From Rubripirellula sp. (GTDB lineage Bacteria; Planctomycetota; Planctomycetia; Pirellulales; Pirellulaceae), in the NCBI GenBank assembly GCA_965216875.1, contig OZ244207.1:3744001-3808000 (forward strand): a stretch of DNA of 64,000 nucleotides, written 5' to 3'. This document shows positions 27,633 through 39,483 of this stretch, piece after piece; position 1 is the first letter of the stretch, and each line of letters opens with the position of its first letter. Both the position numbers and the translations under genes were made by a program. Under the pieces are notes generated by a model that saw only the letters and a program-made list of their open reading frames with translations, had not been told where the DNA came from and ran no database searches.

Positions 27633-30482
27633 TTGATGAGCAGCAACCAAATCTCGATACGTGGTTGTCGCGTTCACAATCTTCAGAATGTCGATATCGA
27701 CATCCCGCGTGGGAAGCTTGTGGTGGTTTGCGGGCTCTCGGGCAGCGGCAAGACTTCACTCGCACTCGACACGCTGTATGCCGAAGGGCAACGCTGTTAC
27801 ATCGAGAGTTTCTCGGCCTACACGCGTCAGTTCTTGCAGCGTCTGGACAAGCCCGATTGCGACGAGATCAACGGTATCCCCCCCGCGATCGCCGTCACTC
27901 GCGTGAGTGGTTCACGGACCAACCGCAGCACCGTCGCGACATCAACCGAAATCGCCGACCACCTGCGGTTGCTGTTTGCCAAAGTCGCATCGCTTCATTG
28001 TCACAAGTGTGGCCAGCCGGTTCAAAGCGATGACCCGGCCGCGGTCGCAGAAGCAATGACGGCCGCCGCAGCAAAACGAGCAATGGTGGGCTTCTCGGTT
28101 TGGCTTCCAAGTCGAAAGGATGCCAGCGAGATCTTGTTGGGCCTACAGCAGGAAGGTTACCTGCGATTGATCATCGGCGGCGAAACCTTCCACTTGTCCG
28201 ATAGCGACCGCAGTGCGCTGGCCAAAAAGGTGGGACGCAAAGGAACCGAGTGCGTCGTACTCGTCGATCGTCTCGGCGGTGACGCCGACCTCAGTCGCTG
28301 GACAGAATCGCTCGAAACAGCGATGGCCGAAGGGCATGGGCGCGCGGTGATCTTCACGTCAGTGGAGGAATCGACCGACAATGGCGAAAGCCGACGTGTC
28401 GTCGAAATCGATTCTCGGCAATGGCACCGCACCATCGTCAGTCGTGATCGGCGCTGTGATGCGTGCGACATTGATTTCCCCGATCCTGTGCCCCGACTGT
28501 TCAACTTCAACAACCCGCTGGGGGCTTGCCCGACGTGCGAGGGCTTCGGTGATGTCGTCGACGTAGACATGGATCTTGTCGTGCCCGACAAATCGCTCTC
28601 GCTCGCCGAGGGAGCCATAGCACCGTGGACCACTCCCTCTTACGAACATGAACTCGAAGAACTGCTGGAGTTGGCCGATGACTATGAGATTCCGGTTGAC
28701 GTTCCCTACAGCAAACTCAAGAAGAAACATCTCAAACTGATCCAACATGGCGTTCCCGAACGCGACTTTGGCGGCCTCGATGGTTTCTTTGCTTGGCTTG
28801 ATCGCAAAAAATACAAGATGCACATTCGCATCTTCGCCTCGCGTTTTCGCAGCTACCGCCCCTGTCCCGATTGTGGCGGCCGGAGGTTCAAACCGGAAAC
28901 GCTTGCCTACACTGTGGGCGAAAAGAACATCGCACAACTGCTTGAGATGCAAGCGGACGCAGCAACAACATTCTTTGCATCGCTTGACCTTGCCCAGCGT
29001 GAGTCCGACATCGCAGCGGAACCGCTGCAACAAATTGCGGATCGCTTGGGGTACCTACACAAAGTGGGACTCAGCTACCTGCAATTGTGCCGGCCACTGC
29101 GAACACTCTCAGGTGGCGAATACCAACGTGTTGCGTTGACCTCCGCACTCGGAAGCAGCCTGGTCAACATGCTTTACGTGCTCGACGAACCGACGGCAGG
29201 ACTCCATCCATCCGATGTTGAAACACTATCCAAAGCAATTGTGGGCCTGCGCGACCGCGGCAACACCGTCGTTGTCGTCGAACATGACGAAACCATGATC
29301 CGCATGGCCGACCGAGTGATCGAAATTGGACCCGCGGCGGGAACATCGGGCGGCCACGTGATGTTCGAAGGCACCACAAAACAGATGCTGCGCGACAAGA
29401 AGTCGTTGACGGGACAGTTCCTCAACGGCGACCGCGGCTGGACATTGAAGGGGCGTGAACCACGAAAACCACGAGGCTTCATCACCCTTAAAGGGGCACG
29501 TGGACATAACCTGCAAAGCGTCGACGTGGACTTTCCACTCGGAACACTCTGCTTGGTCACAGGCGTTTCGGGAAGCGGCAAAAGCTCGCTGGTTCAAGAC
29601 ACACTTTTTGGCGCGATCGCCCAACGAAAGAATGGCCACAACGCGAAACCGCTGCCCTTCAAGACGATTACCGGGCTAAGCCAAATCGAAGACTGCATGC
29701 TGATTGATCAATCGCCCATCAGCAAGAGTGCGCGCAGCTGTCCGGCGACGTACGTCAAAGCGTTCGATCCGATTCGCAAGGTCTTTGCCGACACCGTTGA
29801 TGCTCGCACCCGAAATTTTGGCGCGGGCCACTTCAGCTTCAACAGCGCGAAAGGGCAGTGCGCAAGTTGCGAAGGCGCTGGATTCCTCGAAATCGACATG
29901 CAGTTCTTGGCGGATGTTTCGATGCAGTGTCCAGCCTGTCGAGGCACGCGTTATCGCGACGACATCTTGGACGTTCATTATCGCGACCGATCGATCGCCG
30001 AAGTTCTCGACATGACGGTCCGAGAAGCTTATTCGTTTTTCCGTGGCTGCGAAAAAGTCCAGCAACGACTCAAACGAATGATTGATGTCGGCCTTGAGTA
30101 CATCACTCTTGGCCAGCCCGGCACAACCCTCTCCAGCGGCGAAGGACAACGATTGAAACTCGCCGCTTTCCTGGCGGCCGCCTCGCGCCGCCGGACACTC
30201 TTCATCATGGACGAACCAACCACGGGACTTCATTTTGCAGACATCGTCCGCCTGGTCGATTGCTTTGACGCGCTGCTTGATGATGGCCATTCGCTGGTGA
30301 TCGTCGAACACAATGCGATGCTGATGGAAGCGGCCGACTACCTGATCGACCTCGGCCCAGGTGCCTCGAGCGAGGGTGGCCAAGTGGTAGCAACGGGAAC
30401 ACCAGCCGAAGTGATGCTGGCAACCAACAGCGAGACCGGAAAGATCCTCCGGGACAAAGCGGTCGACACCGTTTCGAATTGA
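27633..30482 (+). CDS. uvrA: Excinuclease ABC subunit A
   Basis: Two ABC modules (GLSGSGKTS, TLSGGE, LDEPT; GVSGSGKSS, MDEPTTGLH) and CxxC zinc fingers. Confidence 0.95.
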   Translation: MMSSNQISIRGCRVHNLQNVDIDIPRGKLVVVCGLSGSGKTSLALDTLYAEGQRCYIESFSAYTRQFLQRLDKPDCDEINGIPPAIAVTRVSGSRTNRSTVATSTEIADHLRLLFAKVASLHCHKCGQPVQSDDPAAVAEAMTAAAAKRAMVGFSVWLPSRKDASEILLGLQQEGYLRLIIGGETFHLSDSDRSALAKKVGRKGTECVVLVDRLGGDADLSRWTESLETAMAEGHGRAVIFTSVEESTDNGESRRVVEIDSRQWHRTIVSRDRRCDACDIDFPDPVPRLFNFNNPLGACPTCEGFGDVVDVDMDLVVPDKSLSLAEGAIAPWTTPSYEHELEELLELADDYEIPVDVPYSKLKKKHLKLIQHGVPERDFGGLDGFFAWLDRKKYKMHIRIFASRFRSYRPCPDCGGRRFKPETLAYTVGEKNIAQLLEMQADAATTFFASLDLAQRESDIAAEPLQQIADRLGYLHKVGLSYLQLCRPLRTLSGGEYQRVALTSALGSSLVNMLYVLDEPTAGLHPSDVETLSKAIVGLRDRGNTVVVVEHDETMIRMADRVIEIGPAAGTSGGHVMFEGTTKQMLRDKKSLTGQFLNGDRGWTLKGREPRKPRGFITLKGARGHNLQSVDVDFPLGTLCLVTGVSGSGKSSLVQDTLFGAIAQRKNGHNAKPLPFKTITGLSQIEDCMLIDQSPISKSARSCPATYVKAFDPIRKVFADTVDARTRNFGAGHFSFNSAKGQCASCEGAGFLEIDMQFLADVSMQCPACRGTRYRDDILDVHYRDRSIAEVLDMTVREAYSFFRGCEKVQQRLKRMIDVGLEYITLGQPGTTLSSGEGQRLKLAAFLAAASRRRTLFIMDEPTTGLHFADIVRLVDCFDALLDDGHSLVIVEHNAMLMEAADYLIDLGPGASSEGGQVVATGTPAEVMLATNSETGKILRDKAVDTVSN

Positions 30483-30773
30483 TCGACGCGCCACTCAGCG
30501 GACGAGGCCACGAGTCCCTTCGCACGCTTCTTCTCCAGCACCCCTTTCTTCCCAAGACAACTCGCCGTCTCTCTTGCGCGAAACTGCCTCGAAACAAAAC
30601 CATTTAATTCTATATTTTTTAGTTGACAAGCTTTCACCTACCGATACATTCGGCAAAGTCATTGTGGTCACAATGATTGGGGCAGGGCACTTGAGTCACC
30701 AGCGGTGGTTCGCTGGCACCGGCTCGGGTTCCAGACATGCCTCGTTTCACTTTTCTCTTCTAGGGGTAGAAGC

Positions 30774-31238
30774 ATGTTTGATTACTGGGGTAGGTACGTA
30801 CTTGCAGCGACTCTGGCTGCGTTTTGCGTCTCTGGAATTGCTGAAGAGACCAAATCGAAGCGGAGTTCAAAGTCCAAGAAAGCGGTTGAGGAGAAGGTGG
30901 AAGACAAGCTGACCGGACGTCTTCCACGTTATTTCGCATCGCTGGTTGACGAAGACCAGCGATCTGAAATCTACGAGATTCAGGCTGGCTATCTGGAGAA
31001 GATCAGCGAGCTTGAGGCAGAGCTGGCCGAACTTCGTGCTGCACAATTGAAGGAGATCGAGGAAGTCCTCACGTCGACTCAAAAGAAGGCTCTCGACGAT
31101 CTTCGCAGCGGTGACAAGAAGAAGGCAAGCTCGTCCGGGAAAAAGTCGACCTCGTCACGCAAGACGACTTCCAAGTCTTCTTCGTCCAAGAAGACTCCCA
31201 AGTCGTCCTCATCGTCGAAGTCGAAAAAGAAGTCTTGA
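30774..31238 (+). CDS. Exported hypothetical protein with Ser/Lys-rich tail
   Basis: Signal peptide; GRLPRYF, coiled coil, VLTSTQK; basic low-complexity C-terminus. Confidence 0.75.
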   Translation: MFDYWGRYVLAATLAAFCVSGIAEETKSKRSSKSKKAVEEKVEDKLTGRLPRYFASLVDEDQRSEIYEIQAGYLEKISELEAELAELRAAQLKEIEEVLTSTQKKALDDLRSGDKKKASSSGKKSTSSRKTTSKSSSSKKTPKSSSSSKSKKKS

Positions 31239-31377
31239 TCTATCTGGCAGGTCACAGGCCCGGCGGCAATCGCCGTCGGGCCGTTCGAATTCGCAGGCCC
31301 CCGCCAAAAGCCCGGCGCAAGCGTCTTGACGATCACCAATGAGCCTCGGGCCTCTTTTTAGGTAGCTAGCTACGCTC

Positions 31378-31652
31378 ATTGAGCCGCGATCGCGTAAGCG
31401 GCCGGGCCTCTTGATCGCAATTTGCCTCAGTGTTCTCAGACCAAGACCCCGGAACGCAAACATATGCTTCGTGCTTCGTGCTTCGTGCTCGTGCTCAGCA
31501 AAGCGGTGCTCGTAATCGGCTTACCGATTTGCATTCGGTTGAAAAATCGGCGGCTAGCACCTTGCCGCTCAAGGTATCTCGCGCGATCGCGTCAGGAATT
31601 GTCATGCACCGCATGACCTACGGTTCGCATTGTCATGCACAGCATGACCTAC
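31378..31652. repeat. REP family D arm, (TGCTTCG)n heptamer run and family C arms
   Basis: TGAGCCGCGATCGCGTAAGCGGCCGGGCC; TGCTTCG repeated near 31465-31495; two GTCATGCACmGCATGACCTAC copies near 31601 and 31632. Confidence 0.65.
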
Positions 31653-31710
31653 GGTTCAAGTTACAATGCGGTGGTTTGGTTTCCCCATCCCTCCGACCCC
31701 CACCACAGTC

Positions 31711-32565
31711 ATGACGCCTCTTTCACGCCGCCGCTTTCTTGCGCTCAGTTCCGCCGCAGCTGCTGGCGCCACGCTCTTTGACGCCCCGAAGGTCCTCGCG
31801 GCGGCACATGCAGACGATCCGTTTGGCGGGTGGCCGATCGGAATCCAAAGCTATTCACTTCGAAAGTTCGATCTCAATCAAGCCGTGCGCCACATGCACG
31901 GCCTGGGACTTCACTTCGTTGAGTTTTACAGCAAGCACGTTCCCGTCGATTCGACCGATCAACAACTCGCTGACATCAACAAGTTGCTCGGGGATGCCGA
32001 CATTGCGATGAGCTCGCACGGCGTCAATCGCTTCAACGCCAACCATGACGCAAACCGCAAAGTCTTTGAGTTTGCCAAACGGGCTGGTTTGAAGAACATC
32101 ACAGCCAATCCGACACCGGATGCCTTCGAGAGCCTCGATAAGCTGGTTGCCGAGTTTGACATCCGCATTTGCATCCACAATCACGGCCCAGGGTCGAGCT
32201 ACGACAAGATCGATGAGGTGGTCGATGCCGTCAAAGGTCACGATCCGCGCATCGGTGCTTGTATCGACACAGGGCATTTCATCCGCAGCAAAGAAGATCC
32301 AATCGAAGCGATCGAGCGTCTTGGCAAACGTGTGTTTGCATTGCACATCAAGGACGAAGAGAAACAAGAGAAGAAATCGCACAATGTGATCATCGGCAAA
32401 GGGTTTCTCGACGTGGTTGCTCTGTTCAAGACGCTTCGCAAGGTTGGCTTCCCGGCGGACGGGTCCATCTCGCTCGAATATGAAGCAAATCCGGACAACC
32501 CTATCGACGACATCGAACAATGCCTGGTCGTCGCCCGAGACGCCATCGCCAAAGCAGCCGGCTAA
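31711..32565 (+). CDS. Tat-exported sugar-phosphate isomerase/epimerase (TIM barrel)
   Basis: SRRRFL Tat motif; GIQSYSLR, IHNHG, DTGHF, LHIKD, SLEYE. Confidence 0.88.
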   Translation: MTPLSRRRFLALSSAAAAGATLFDAPKVLAAAHADDPFGGWPIGIQSYSLRKFDLNQAVRHMHGLGLHFVEFYSKHVPVDSTDQQLADINKLLGDADIAMSSHGVNRFNANHDANRKVFEFAKRAGLKNITANPTPDAFESLDKLVAEFDIRICIHNHGPGSSYDKIDEVVDAVKGHDPRIGACIDTGHFIRSKEDPIEAIERLGKRVFALHIKDEEKQEKKSHNVIIGKGFLDVVALFKTLRKVGFPADGSISLEYEANPDNPIDDIEQCLVVARDAIAKAAG

Positions 32566-32570
32566 AACGC

Positions 32571-32940
32571 CGTTTGTAGTACCGCCTTCACGCGGAATGC
32601 GTAGCTACCTTCGCCAGAAGGTGGACCGTGCCAGTTCGCGGTTTCCATCACACCACGCTCTGGCGAGCGTAGCTACGGGAACGCCGTTTGTAGTACCGCC
32701 TTCAGGCGGAGAGTGTGAAGATTCCGGCTAAAGCTCGGGACTACGAACGCTGCCAAGCGTAGCTACCTTCGCCAGAAGGTGGAACGTAACAGTTCGGGGT
32801 TTCCATCACACCACGCTCTGGCGAGCGTAGCTACCGGAACGCCGTTTGTAGTACCGCCTTCAGGCGGAGTGTGTGAAGATTCCGGCTAAAGCTCGGGACT
32901 ACGAACTGCGATCACCACGCTCTGGCGAGCGTAGCTACGG
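32571..32940. repeat. BIME-like composite array of alternating REP families A and B (about 158-bp period)
   Basis: B = CGTAGCTACCTTCGCCAGAAGGTGG...CCACGCTCTGGCGAGCGTAGCTACG near 32600 and 32758; A near 32686 and 32844. Confidence 0.85.
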
Positions 32941-33003
32941 TCGAAACGGCTCCGCAGGAGCGTCGCCCTCCCGATGCGGTAGCCCATTGCACGGCACCAA
33001 TCA

Positions 33004-34137
<1,134 letters not shown>

Positions 34138-34164
34138 GGTTGTTGTTTTTGAGAAACAGTTGCT

Positions 34165-34947
34165 TTAGTTTTCGGCGTTGATTCGGCGCGGCGCCAATCC
34201 GATGGCCGCAGCCCGATCACGGAACGATTCGAGCCCGCTGCGTTCGCCGGGTCCCATTCGAAAGTGAAGGTTCTCTGCAAAGTAACGGTGCAAATCTTCC
34301 TTGGTTAGTCCGTGCGACGCAGCGTCGCGACTGGCAATCGCCTCAAGATGATCGATCCCTTCATCACGGCTCGCCTCAAGAATCTCGGCCAAGCCCGCAG
34401 TATCGACTCCCGGACGAGCAACCCACATCGCAAACACGAACGGAAGCTCCGTCCAGCGGCACCAGCGATCACCAAGGTCCCAAATCTCTTGGTACGTCCC
34501 GGCTGGGGGGTGCATCGCTCGATCACCGATCGTCAAAACGGCGTCGGCATCGACGTCATCAGCTGCTTGATTGATCGCAAGAGGAACGGTTTCGGGCCGC
34601 AGCCCGTACATTTCGTGGAGCAGGATTCGGACAAGCGTCGCGCTGGTTCGACTCCCTTCATCAAGAGCGAGACGCTTGATTTTGGAAACCGGAACGTGGC
34701 TCAGCAGCCGCACACTCCAAACTGGCCCACGACAGGCGATCACCGCATCCGAAATGATCGAATAATCATCCGCGCGGAAGTACTCAATCGACGGAATCAG
34801 GGCCACATCGAGGTCATTCTCGCTCAGCCGCCGAGCCAGCACGCTGGGCAAATCGACACTCAGCTCGCCGCAACCCTTCAATCGCTGCGGCAACCCGAAG
34901 ATCAATGGTTTCGTGTTTAGGTAAGAAACGGCACCGATGCGGAGCAT
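34165..34947 (-). CDS. mqnA: Chorismate dehydratase (alternative GTG start at 34971)
   Basis: RIGAVSYLNTKPL, SRTS, IGDRA, DLG..W...T.LPFVFAMW. Confidence 0.92.
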   Translation of the reverse strand: MLRIGAVSYLNTKPLIFGLPQRLKGCGELSVDLPSVLARRLSENDLDVALIPSIEYFRADDYSIISDAVIACRGPVWSVRLLSHVPVSKIKRLALDEGSRTSATLVRILLHEMYGLRPETVPLAINQAADDVDADAVLTIGDRAMHPPAGTYQEIWDLGDRWCRWTELPFVFAMWVARPGVDTAGLAEILEASRDEGIDHLEAIASRDAASHGLTKEDLHRYFAENLHFRMGPGERSGLESFRDRAAAIGLAPRRINAEN

Positions 34948-35251
34948 TGGAATCACCTGACCATTCGTCACTGCGGGAACGTAACACTACGTAGTAAACC
35001 GCACTGGCGAAGCCAGAATAACGTGAAAACCCCGATTTTGACAGTCGCCTGATCGATGCCTACCGAGGGTGTGCTGGACTGCACTCTCCGGCGATCGGCC
35101 TGATTCCAGGGTGAGTGTGCGAGATCACATCCTCGACACAAACGACGAATCAACAGCACCAACGTGCCAGCGTTTTTTGCTCTTCAAATATGAAGCGTCG
35201 CTTCTATGATCAGTCCCTCACTACCGTGACGGGAATCTCAACCAACGCGCA

Positions 35252-35326
35252 TAAAAAAACGAGAGATCCCGGCCACGTCGATTGATGAAACTCCTTTTCA
35301 CAATCGATCATCGGATCTCTCGTCGA
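35252..35326 (-). ncRNA. Candidate small RNA / attenuator hairpin with AGGAG apical loop and U7 tail
   Basis: Perfect 11-bp stem 35259-35269/35313-35323, inner stems TCGATTG/CAATCGA and TGAAA/TTTCA, T-tract on the minus strand, and no minus-strand gene ending just before it. Confidence 0.45.
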
Positions 35327-35506
35327 TTCAAGTTGTAAAGCGTTACAACAGTACGTCAAGAGCGACATTCGCATTGACGCAACGAAATTCGCACCTGTGT
35401 GCTTCTGTTAAGACGAATGATGGGTGCCAACATCAACGCTTCCACTTCATCTGGGCATGCTTGATGCGTTAACTTTGTTTGCTTAGCAACGTCGGCTTCC
35501 AAGCGA

Positions 35507-36940
35507 ATGCGTCAGGACGCAAACGTGATTGAACCTCTACCACAACATCACTTTCATTTTGTCACCGGCAAGCTAGCCGAGACGGCGGTACGTGATGTCG
35601 TCAAAGCATTGGCCGACAAGCACGGCTTTCAGTTTTCGATTGGCGTGATGCCGATCACCGTCGCGGCGTTGATCACGCCACGATGGTTGCGCCGACACCT
35701 TGATGTCCCTGAATCGGCAACTCATGTCGTTGTGCCAGGCTACTGCCAAACAGGAATCGAAGAGTTAACCAACTCGCTCGAAATCCCCGTTATTTGTGGA
35801 CCTAACGACTGTCGCGCCATGGCAGAACTGTTCGGTCAGCCGCGTCCCGAAGATGCATTGGATGATTACGACATCCAGATCATTGCCGAAATCAACCACG
35901 CCCCACGCTTGTCGATCGATCAACTTATCGAAACGGCAATTGGACTCCGTGATGAAGGCGCCGACATGATCGATTACGGTTGTGATCCTGCGATGCCATT
36001 TTCAAAAATCGGTGACGCGATCCAAGCACTGGTCGACCAAGGATTGCGTGTATCGGTCGACACCTTTGACGCCGAAGAAGCAGCAACGGCCACCAAGTAT
36101 GGCGCTGAACTTGTTCTTTCGGTGAACTCGACGAACAAAGAACAAGCTGTCGACTGGGGTGTCGAAGTCGTCGTGATTCCCGACGCAACGGATGACGAAA
36201 AAAGTTTGCACGAAACTGTAAATTTTTTGGTCGGTAAGGGAGTCAACGTCCGTTTGGACCCCATCTTGGAACCGATTGGCGCTGGTCTGACCGCGAGCCT
36301 CTTGCGTTATGCAAAGGTGCGTGACACTTACCCAGACCTTCCGATGATGATGGGCATAGGCAACCTCACCGAACTGACCGATGTCGATTCGGCCGGCATC
36401 AACATGATGTTGCTGGGGATCTGCCAGGAGCTTTCGATTCATAGCGTGTTGACGACCCAGGTCATCAACTGGGCTCGCACCTCGGTGCGTGAATGCGAGA
36501 TCGCACGTCGATTGGTTCGATACAGCGTGCAAAACGGCGTTCCCCCCAAGCGTTTATCCGACGATTTGGTGATGCTTCGCGATGCCAAACTGCGTCCCTA
36601 CACGTCCGAGGCCCTGCTTTCGCTCGCCGAACAGGTCAAAGACAACAACTACCGGCTCTTTGCCCAGGAGGACCAGATTCACTTGATCGCCGCGGGCCTC
36701 GCGCTTTCGGACCAGGATCCCTTTCTGCTGTTCGAGAAACTGATGAACGAAGAGGTTTCCGAGAATGTCGATCCGGGCCACGCGTTTTACCTTGGATACG
36801 AGATGGCCAAGGCAACCATCGCTCTGACGCTCGGCAAACAATACGAACAGGATCGCTCGCTCGACTGGGGGATGCTGACGCGCGAAGAAGACCTGCATCG
36901 GCTCAAACGTCGTCAACGCCAACGACCGAACCAGCAATAG
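35507..36940 (+). CDS. Dihydropteroate-synthase-like protein (Orf20 type, methanopterin/H4MPT biosynthesis)
   Basis: FVTGKLAE, ITVAAL, IIAEI, SVDTF, LDPILEPIG, GIGNLTELTDVDS, HAFYLGYEMAKA..L.LGKQYEQD. Confidence 0.78.
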   Translation: MRQDANVIEPLPQHHFHFVTGKLAETAVRDVVKALADKHGFQFSIGVMPITVAALITPRWLRRHLDVPESATHVVVPGYCQTGIEELTNSLEIPVICGPNDCRAMAELFGQPRPEDALDDYDIQIIAEINHAPRLSIDQLIETAIGLRDEGADMIDYGCDPAMPFSKIGDAIQALVDQGLRVSVDTFDAEEAATATKYGAELVLSVNSTNKEQAVDWGVEVVVIPDATDDEKSLHETVNFLVGKGVNVRLDPILEPIGAGLTASLLRYAKVRDTYPDLPMMMGIGNLTELTDVDSAGINMMLLGICQELSIHSVLTTQVINWARTSVRECEIARRLVRYSVQNGVPPKRLSDDLVMLRDAKLRPYTSEALLSLAEQVKDNNYRLFAQEDQIHLIAAGLALSDQDPFLLFEKLMNEEVSENVDPGHAFYLGYEMAKATIALTLGKQYEQDRSLDWGMLTREEDLHRLKRRQRQRPNQQ

Positions 36941-37030
36941 TGCTTCGCCATCACGGTTCGCTGGCGATGCAAAAACTCTTGCGCAAGCGGCACTGTTCAA
37001 CGGAAATTGGCGTGATACGTTGGTCCGTTC

Positions 37031-38461
37031 ATGTCTGCCTCCAATAACCCATTGCCGCTCGTACGCCGACTTCCATCCGGATTCTCTCTTTCGGATGCAT
37101 TTGCTCGACTTGCCACGCTTCCTGGATGCCTTTGGCTCGATTCAGCATCGCGCGGACCAACCGACAAAATTGGCGGCCACAAACTTGGACGGTATTCCTT
37201 CCTGACGGCCCAACCGGTGCGTTCCTTGACCGCGTCGCCCGAGGATCGCGATCCTTGGCCCGAACTACGTCGCTGGTGTGAAACGCTGCCTACCTGTGAC
37301 GAGGCTGGCCTGCCGCCCTTCCAAGGCGGTATTGCGGGGTTGATCGGGTACGAAGCCGGCGCATGGCTGGAACCGGTTGGATTGGCGCAACAGAACGATT
37401 TGCCCACTCCAGCACTTTCACTCGGTTTGTACGACTGGACAATTGCCGTCGATCACCAATACGAAAACGCTTGGTTGATCAGCCAAGGATTCTCCGAGGA
37501 CCTGGTTCCCGATCCTCAAATCGCAGCCGATCGCGCCGACTGGGTGATGTCGCTGCTCGAGTCGGATGCGGATGACGATCAAGTCCCCCAACGTAACGTC
37601 CAAGGCGAGACGACCGGTGACGTCTCGAGCAATTTCACCAGCGAGCAGTTTCAATCGAGTGTTTCGGAAATCGTTCGCGGCATCCACGACGGTGACTCCT
37701 TTCAAGTCAATCTTGCGCAGCGTCTGTCCTGTGTTTCCAGCGAGCACCCCGCCGAACTCTACCAACGGTTACGGAAAGCGAATCCAGCTCCGTTCGCGGG
37801 CTATTACAGTGCGGCGATCGCGGAACAAGCCAGCGACGATGTGTTCGCAGTGCTCAGCAGTTCCCCTGAAGGTTTTCTGAAAGTTCGCGGACGCACTGTC
37901 GAAACACGCCCGATCAAAGGCACGATCAAACGAACAGGCAACGAAGCCGATGACCGACGACTCGGCCAAGTCCTTCACGAGAGTGAAAAGGATCGTGCGG
38001 AAAACGTCATGATCGTCGACCTGATGCGCAACGACCTGTCACGTGTTTGTGATGACCACAGTGTTCAGGTCGCGCAGCTCTGCGAAGTCGAACGGTACCA
38101 GTTCGTCCAACATTTGGTTTCGGTTGTGACGGGGCGCCTGGCAACGGGATTGAACGTGGTCGATCTGCTCGCTGCCTGCTTTCCAGGTGGCAGCGTGACC
38201 GGAGCGCCCAAGATCGAGGCGATGCGCACCATCGCGCGACTTGAGCCTCACCGACGCGGTCCCTATTGCGGGTCGCTCGGCTACATCAGCTGTAGCGGCA
38301 GCGCCGACTTCAACATCTTGATTCGCACGATCACGGCCGCCCACGGGCACCTTCAAATCCCCGTTGGTGGAGGCATCACCGCGCGCAGCAATCCGGCGGC
38401 GGAAGAAGCCGAAACCTGGGCCAAAGCCAAAGGGATGCTCAAAGCGCTCGCGCCGGAATAG
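37031..38461 (+). CDS. pabB: Aminodeoxychorismate synthase component I (anthranilate synthase I family)
   Basis: GRYSF, FQGG, SSPEGF, TRPIKGT, EKDRAENVMIVDLMRNDL, FPGGSVTGAPK; the PIKGT motif favours PabB over TrpE. Confidence 0.85.
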   Translation: MSASNNPLPLVRRLPSGFSLSDAFARLATLPGCLWLDSASRGPTDKIGGHKLGRYSFLTAQPVRSLTASPEDRDPWPELRRWCETLPTCDEAGLPPFQGGIAGLIGYEAGAWLEPVGLAQQNDLPTPALSLGLYDWTIAVDHQYENAWLISQGFSEDLVPDPQIAADRADWVMSLLESDADDDQVPQRNVQGETTGDVSSNFTSEQFQSSVSEIVRGIHDGDSFQVNLAQRLSCVSSEHPAELYQRLRKANPAPFAGYYSAAIAEQASDDVFAVLSSSPEGFLKVRGRTVETRPIKGTIKRTGNEADDRRLGQVLHESEKDRAENVMIVDLMRNDLSRVCDDHSVQVAQLCEVERYQFVQHLVSVVTGRLATGLNVVDLLAACFPGGSVTGAPKIEAMRTIARLEPHRRGPYCGSLGYISCSGSADFNILIRTITAAHGHLQIPVGGGITARSNPAAEEAETWAKAKGMLKALAPE

Positions 38462-38506
38462 CAAAAATGGTTTTGGTGCGTGCAAGCACACACGCAACGA
38501 TCGGCT

Positions 38507-39478
38507 CTAGCCTGCCGACGCCGCCATGATCAGGAAGAACAACGCGATCGCTCCGAGCACCATCCCGACCACAAGAAAGATCTTGAAGTAGGAAACCGGC
38601 GCCGAACCGACGACAAGTCGCGTATTCTGGCCGCAGATCACCACTCGGTAGAGCTGTTCTTTGTAGCGGTAGGCCAGAACGTAAGCAGGCAAGGAAAGCC
38701 GCCGGGTGATCAATTTTCGTAAGACCACGGAAACGTGAACATTTCGAAAACTCGACCCAGGAACGTGGTTCTGTTGCACACGCGCGGCCGCAATGTTTTG
38801 AATGGCGCCAGCGACCTGTTGCCGAGCTTGCGAGCGTTGCACATCGAACTGTTCAAGCGTCGCATCTTCGGACGCCCCCTCGGGCTGCTCGCGCTGCGTC
38901 GAGAGGTTCAATCCCGGCGTGATGCCGGAGACCTCTTTTTCCGTCAGACCACGCGAGGCCGACACGAGAATGTCATCAAATCGAAGGTTGTTCTGGCCAG
39001 CGTGTGGCGCCCATGCTGACCGACCCGACCCAGCATTCGAGTCAGCTGTCCAACTGACGAATGCGTCGGCGTCAAAGACCCAAGCGACCCACCAAAGCGG
39101 CTTCAAGTGAGTCAACTGGGCCGAGGACACCAAGTCCGCTGGTCGAAACCAACCCAGCGATTTCAGCCACGTGCTCAGCGCAGCACGTGCTTCGTCTTCC
39201 GAAACCGTGAATGGCAAGTAGTGTTCGGTCTGCTCCATCGGGTCTTCGATCGACTCGACTTCCATCACCTCGCCGCAGAACGAACATGAGGGTGCGCGAC
39301 GCTTGGCGTCATAAGCGACTGCGGCACCACACCCGGTGCAACGCAAGATCTGAACGACAAGCGTTTCTTTGTTCGCTTCGTCAGCGACCGGAGCAGCTTG
39401 CCCGCATATTGCGCAGCGCAGGTCGCCATGTTCAAGCGGCGATTCACAACGTTTGCAATGTTCCGTAACGGTGCTCAC
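38507..39478 (-). CDS. Zn-ribbon membrane-anchored hypothetical protein (paralog of 39484-40431)
   Basis: Four CxxC pairs; LP.YVLAYRY...ICGQ motif; C-terminal TM helix; GTG start 5 nt after the upstream stop. Confidence 0.75.
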   Translation of the reverse strand: MSTVTEHCKRCESPLEHGDLRCAICGQAAPVADEANKETLVVQILRCTGCGAAVAYDAKRRAPSCSFCGEVMEVESIEDPMEQTEHYLPFTVSEDEARAALSTWLKSLGWFRPADLVSSAQLTHLKPLWWVAWVFDADAFVSWTADSNAGSGRSAWAPHAGQNNLRFDDILVSASRGLTEKEVSGITPGLNLSTQREQPEGASEDATLEQFDVQRSQARQQVAGAIQNIAAARVQQNHVPGSSFRNVHVSVVLRKLITRRLSLPAYVLAYRYKEQLYRVVICGQNTRLVVGSAPVSYFKIFLVVGMVLGAIALFFLIMAASAG

Positions 39479-39483
39479 TCGAT

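Noticed and set aside
32571..32940. Regularly spaced repeats resembling a CRISPR array (also 23030-23304, 49350-49549, 21442-21537)
   Set aside because: The intervening sequences are themselves repeated, the units are palindromic REPs found throughout the window, and there are no cas genes.
35154..35170. TGGCACG on the minus strand upstream of mqnA as a sigma-54 promoter
   Set aside because: GG-to-GC spacing is 9 rather than the required 10.
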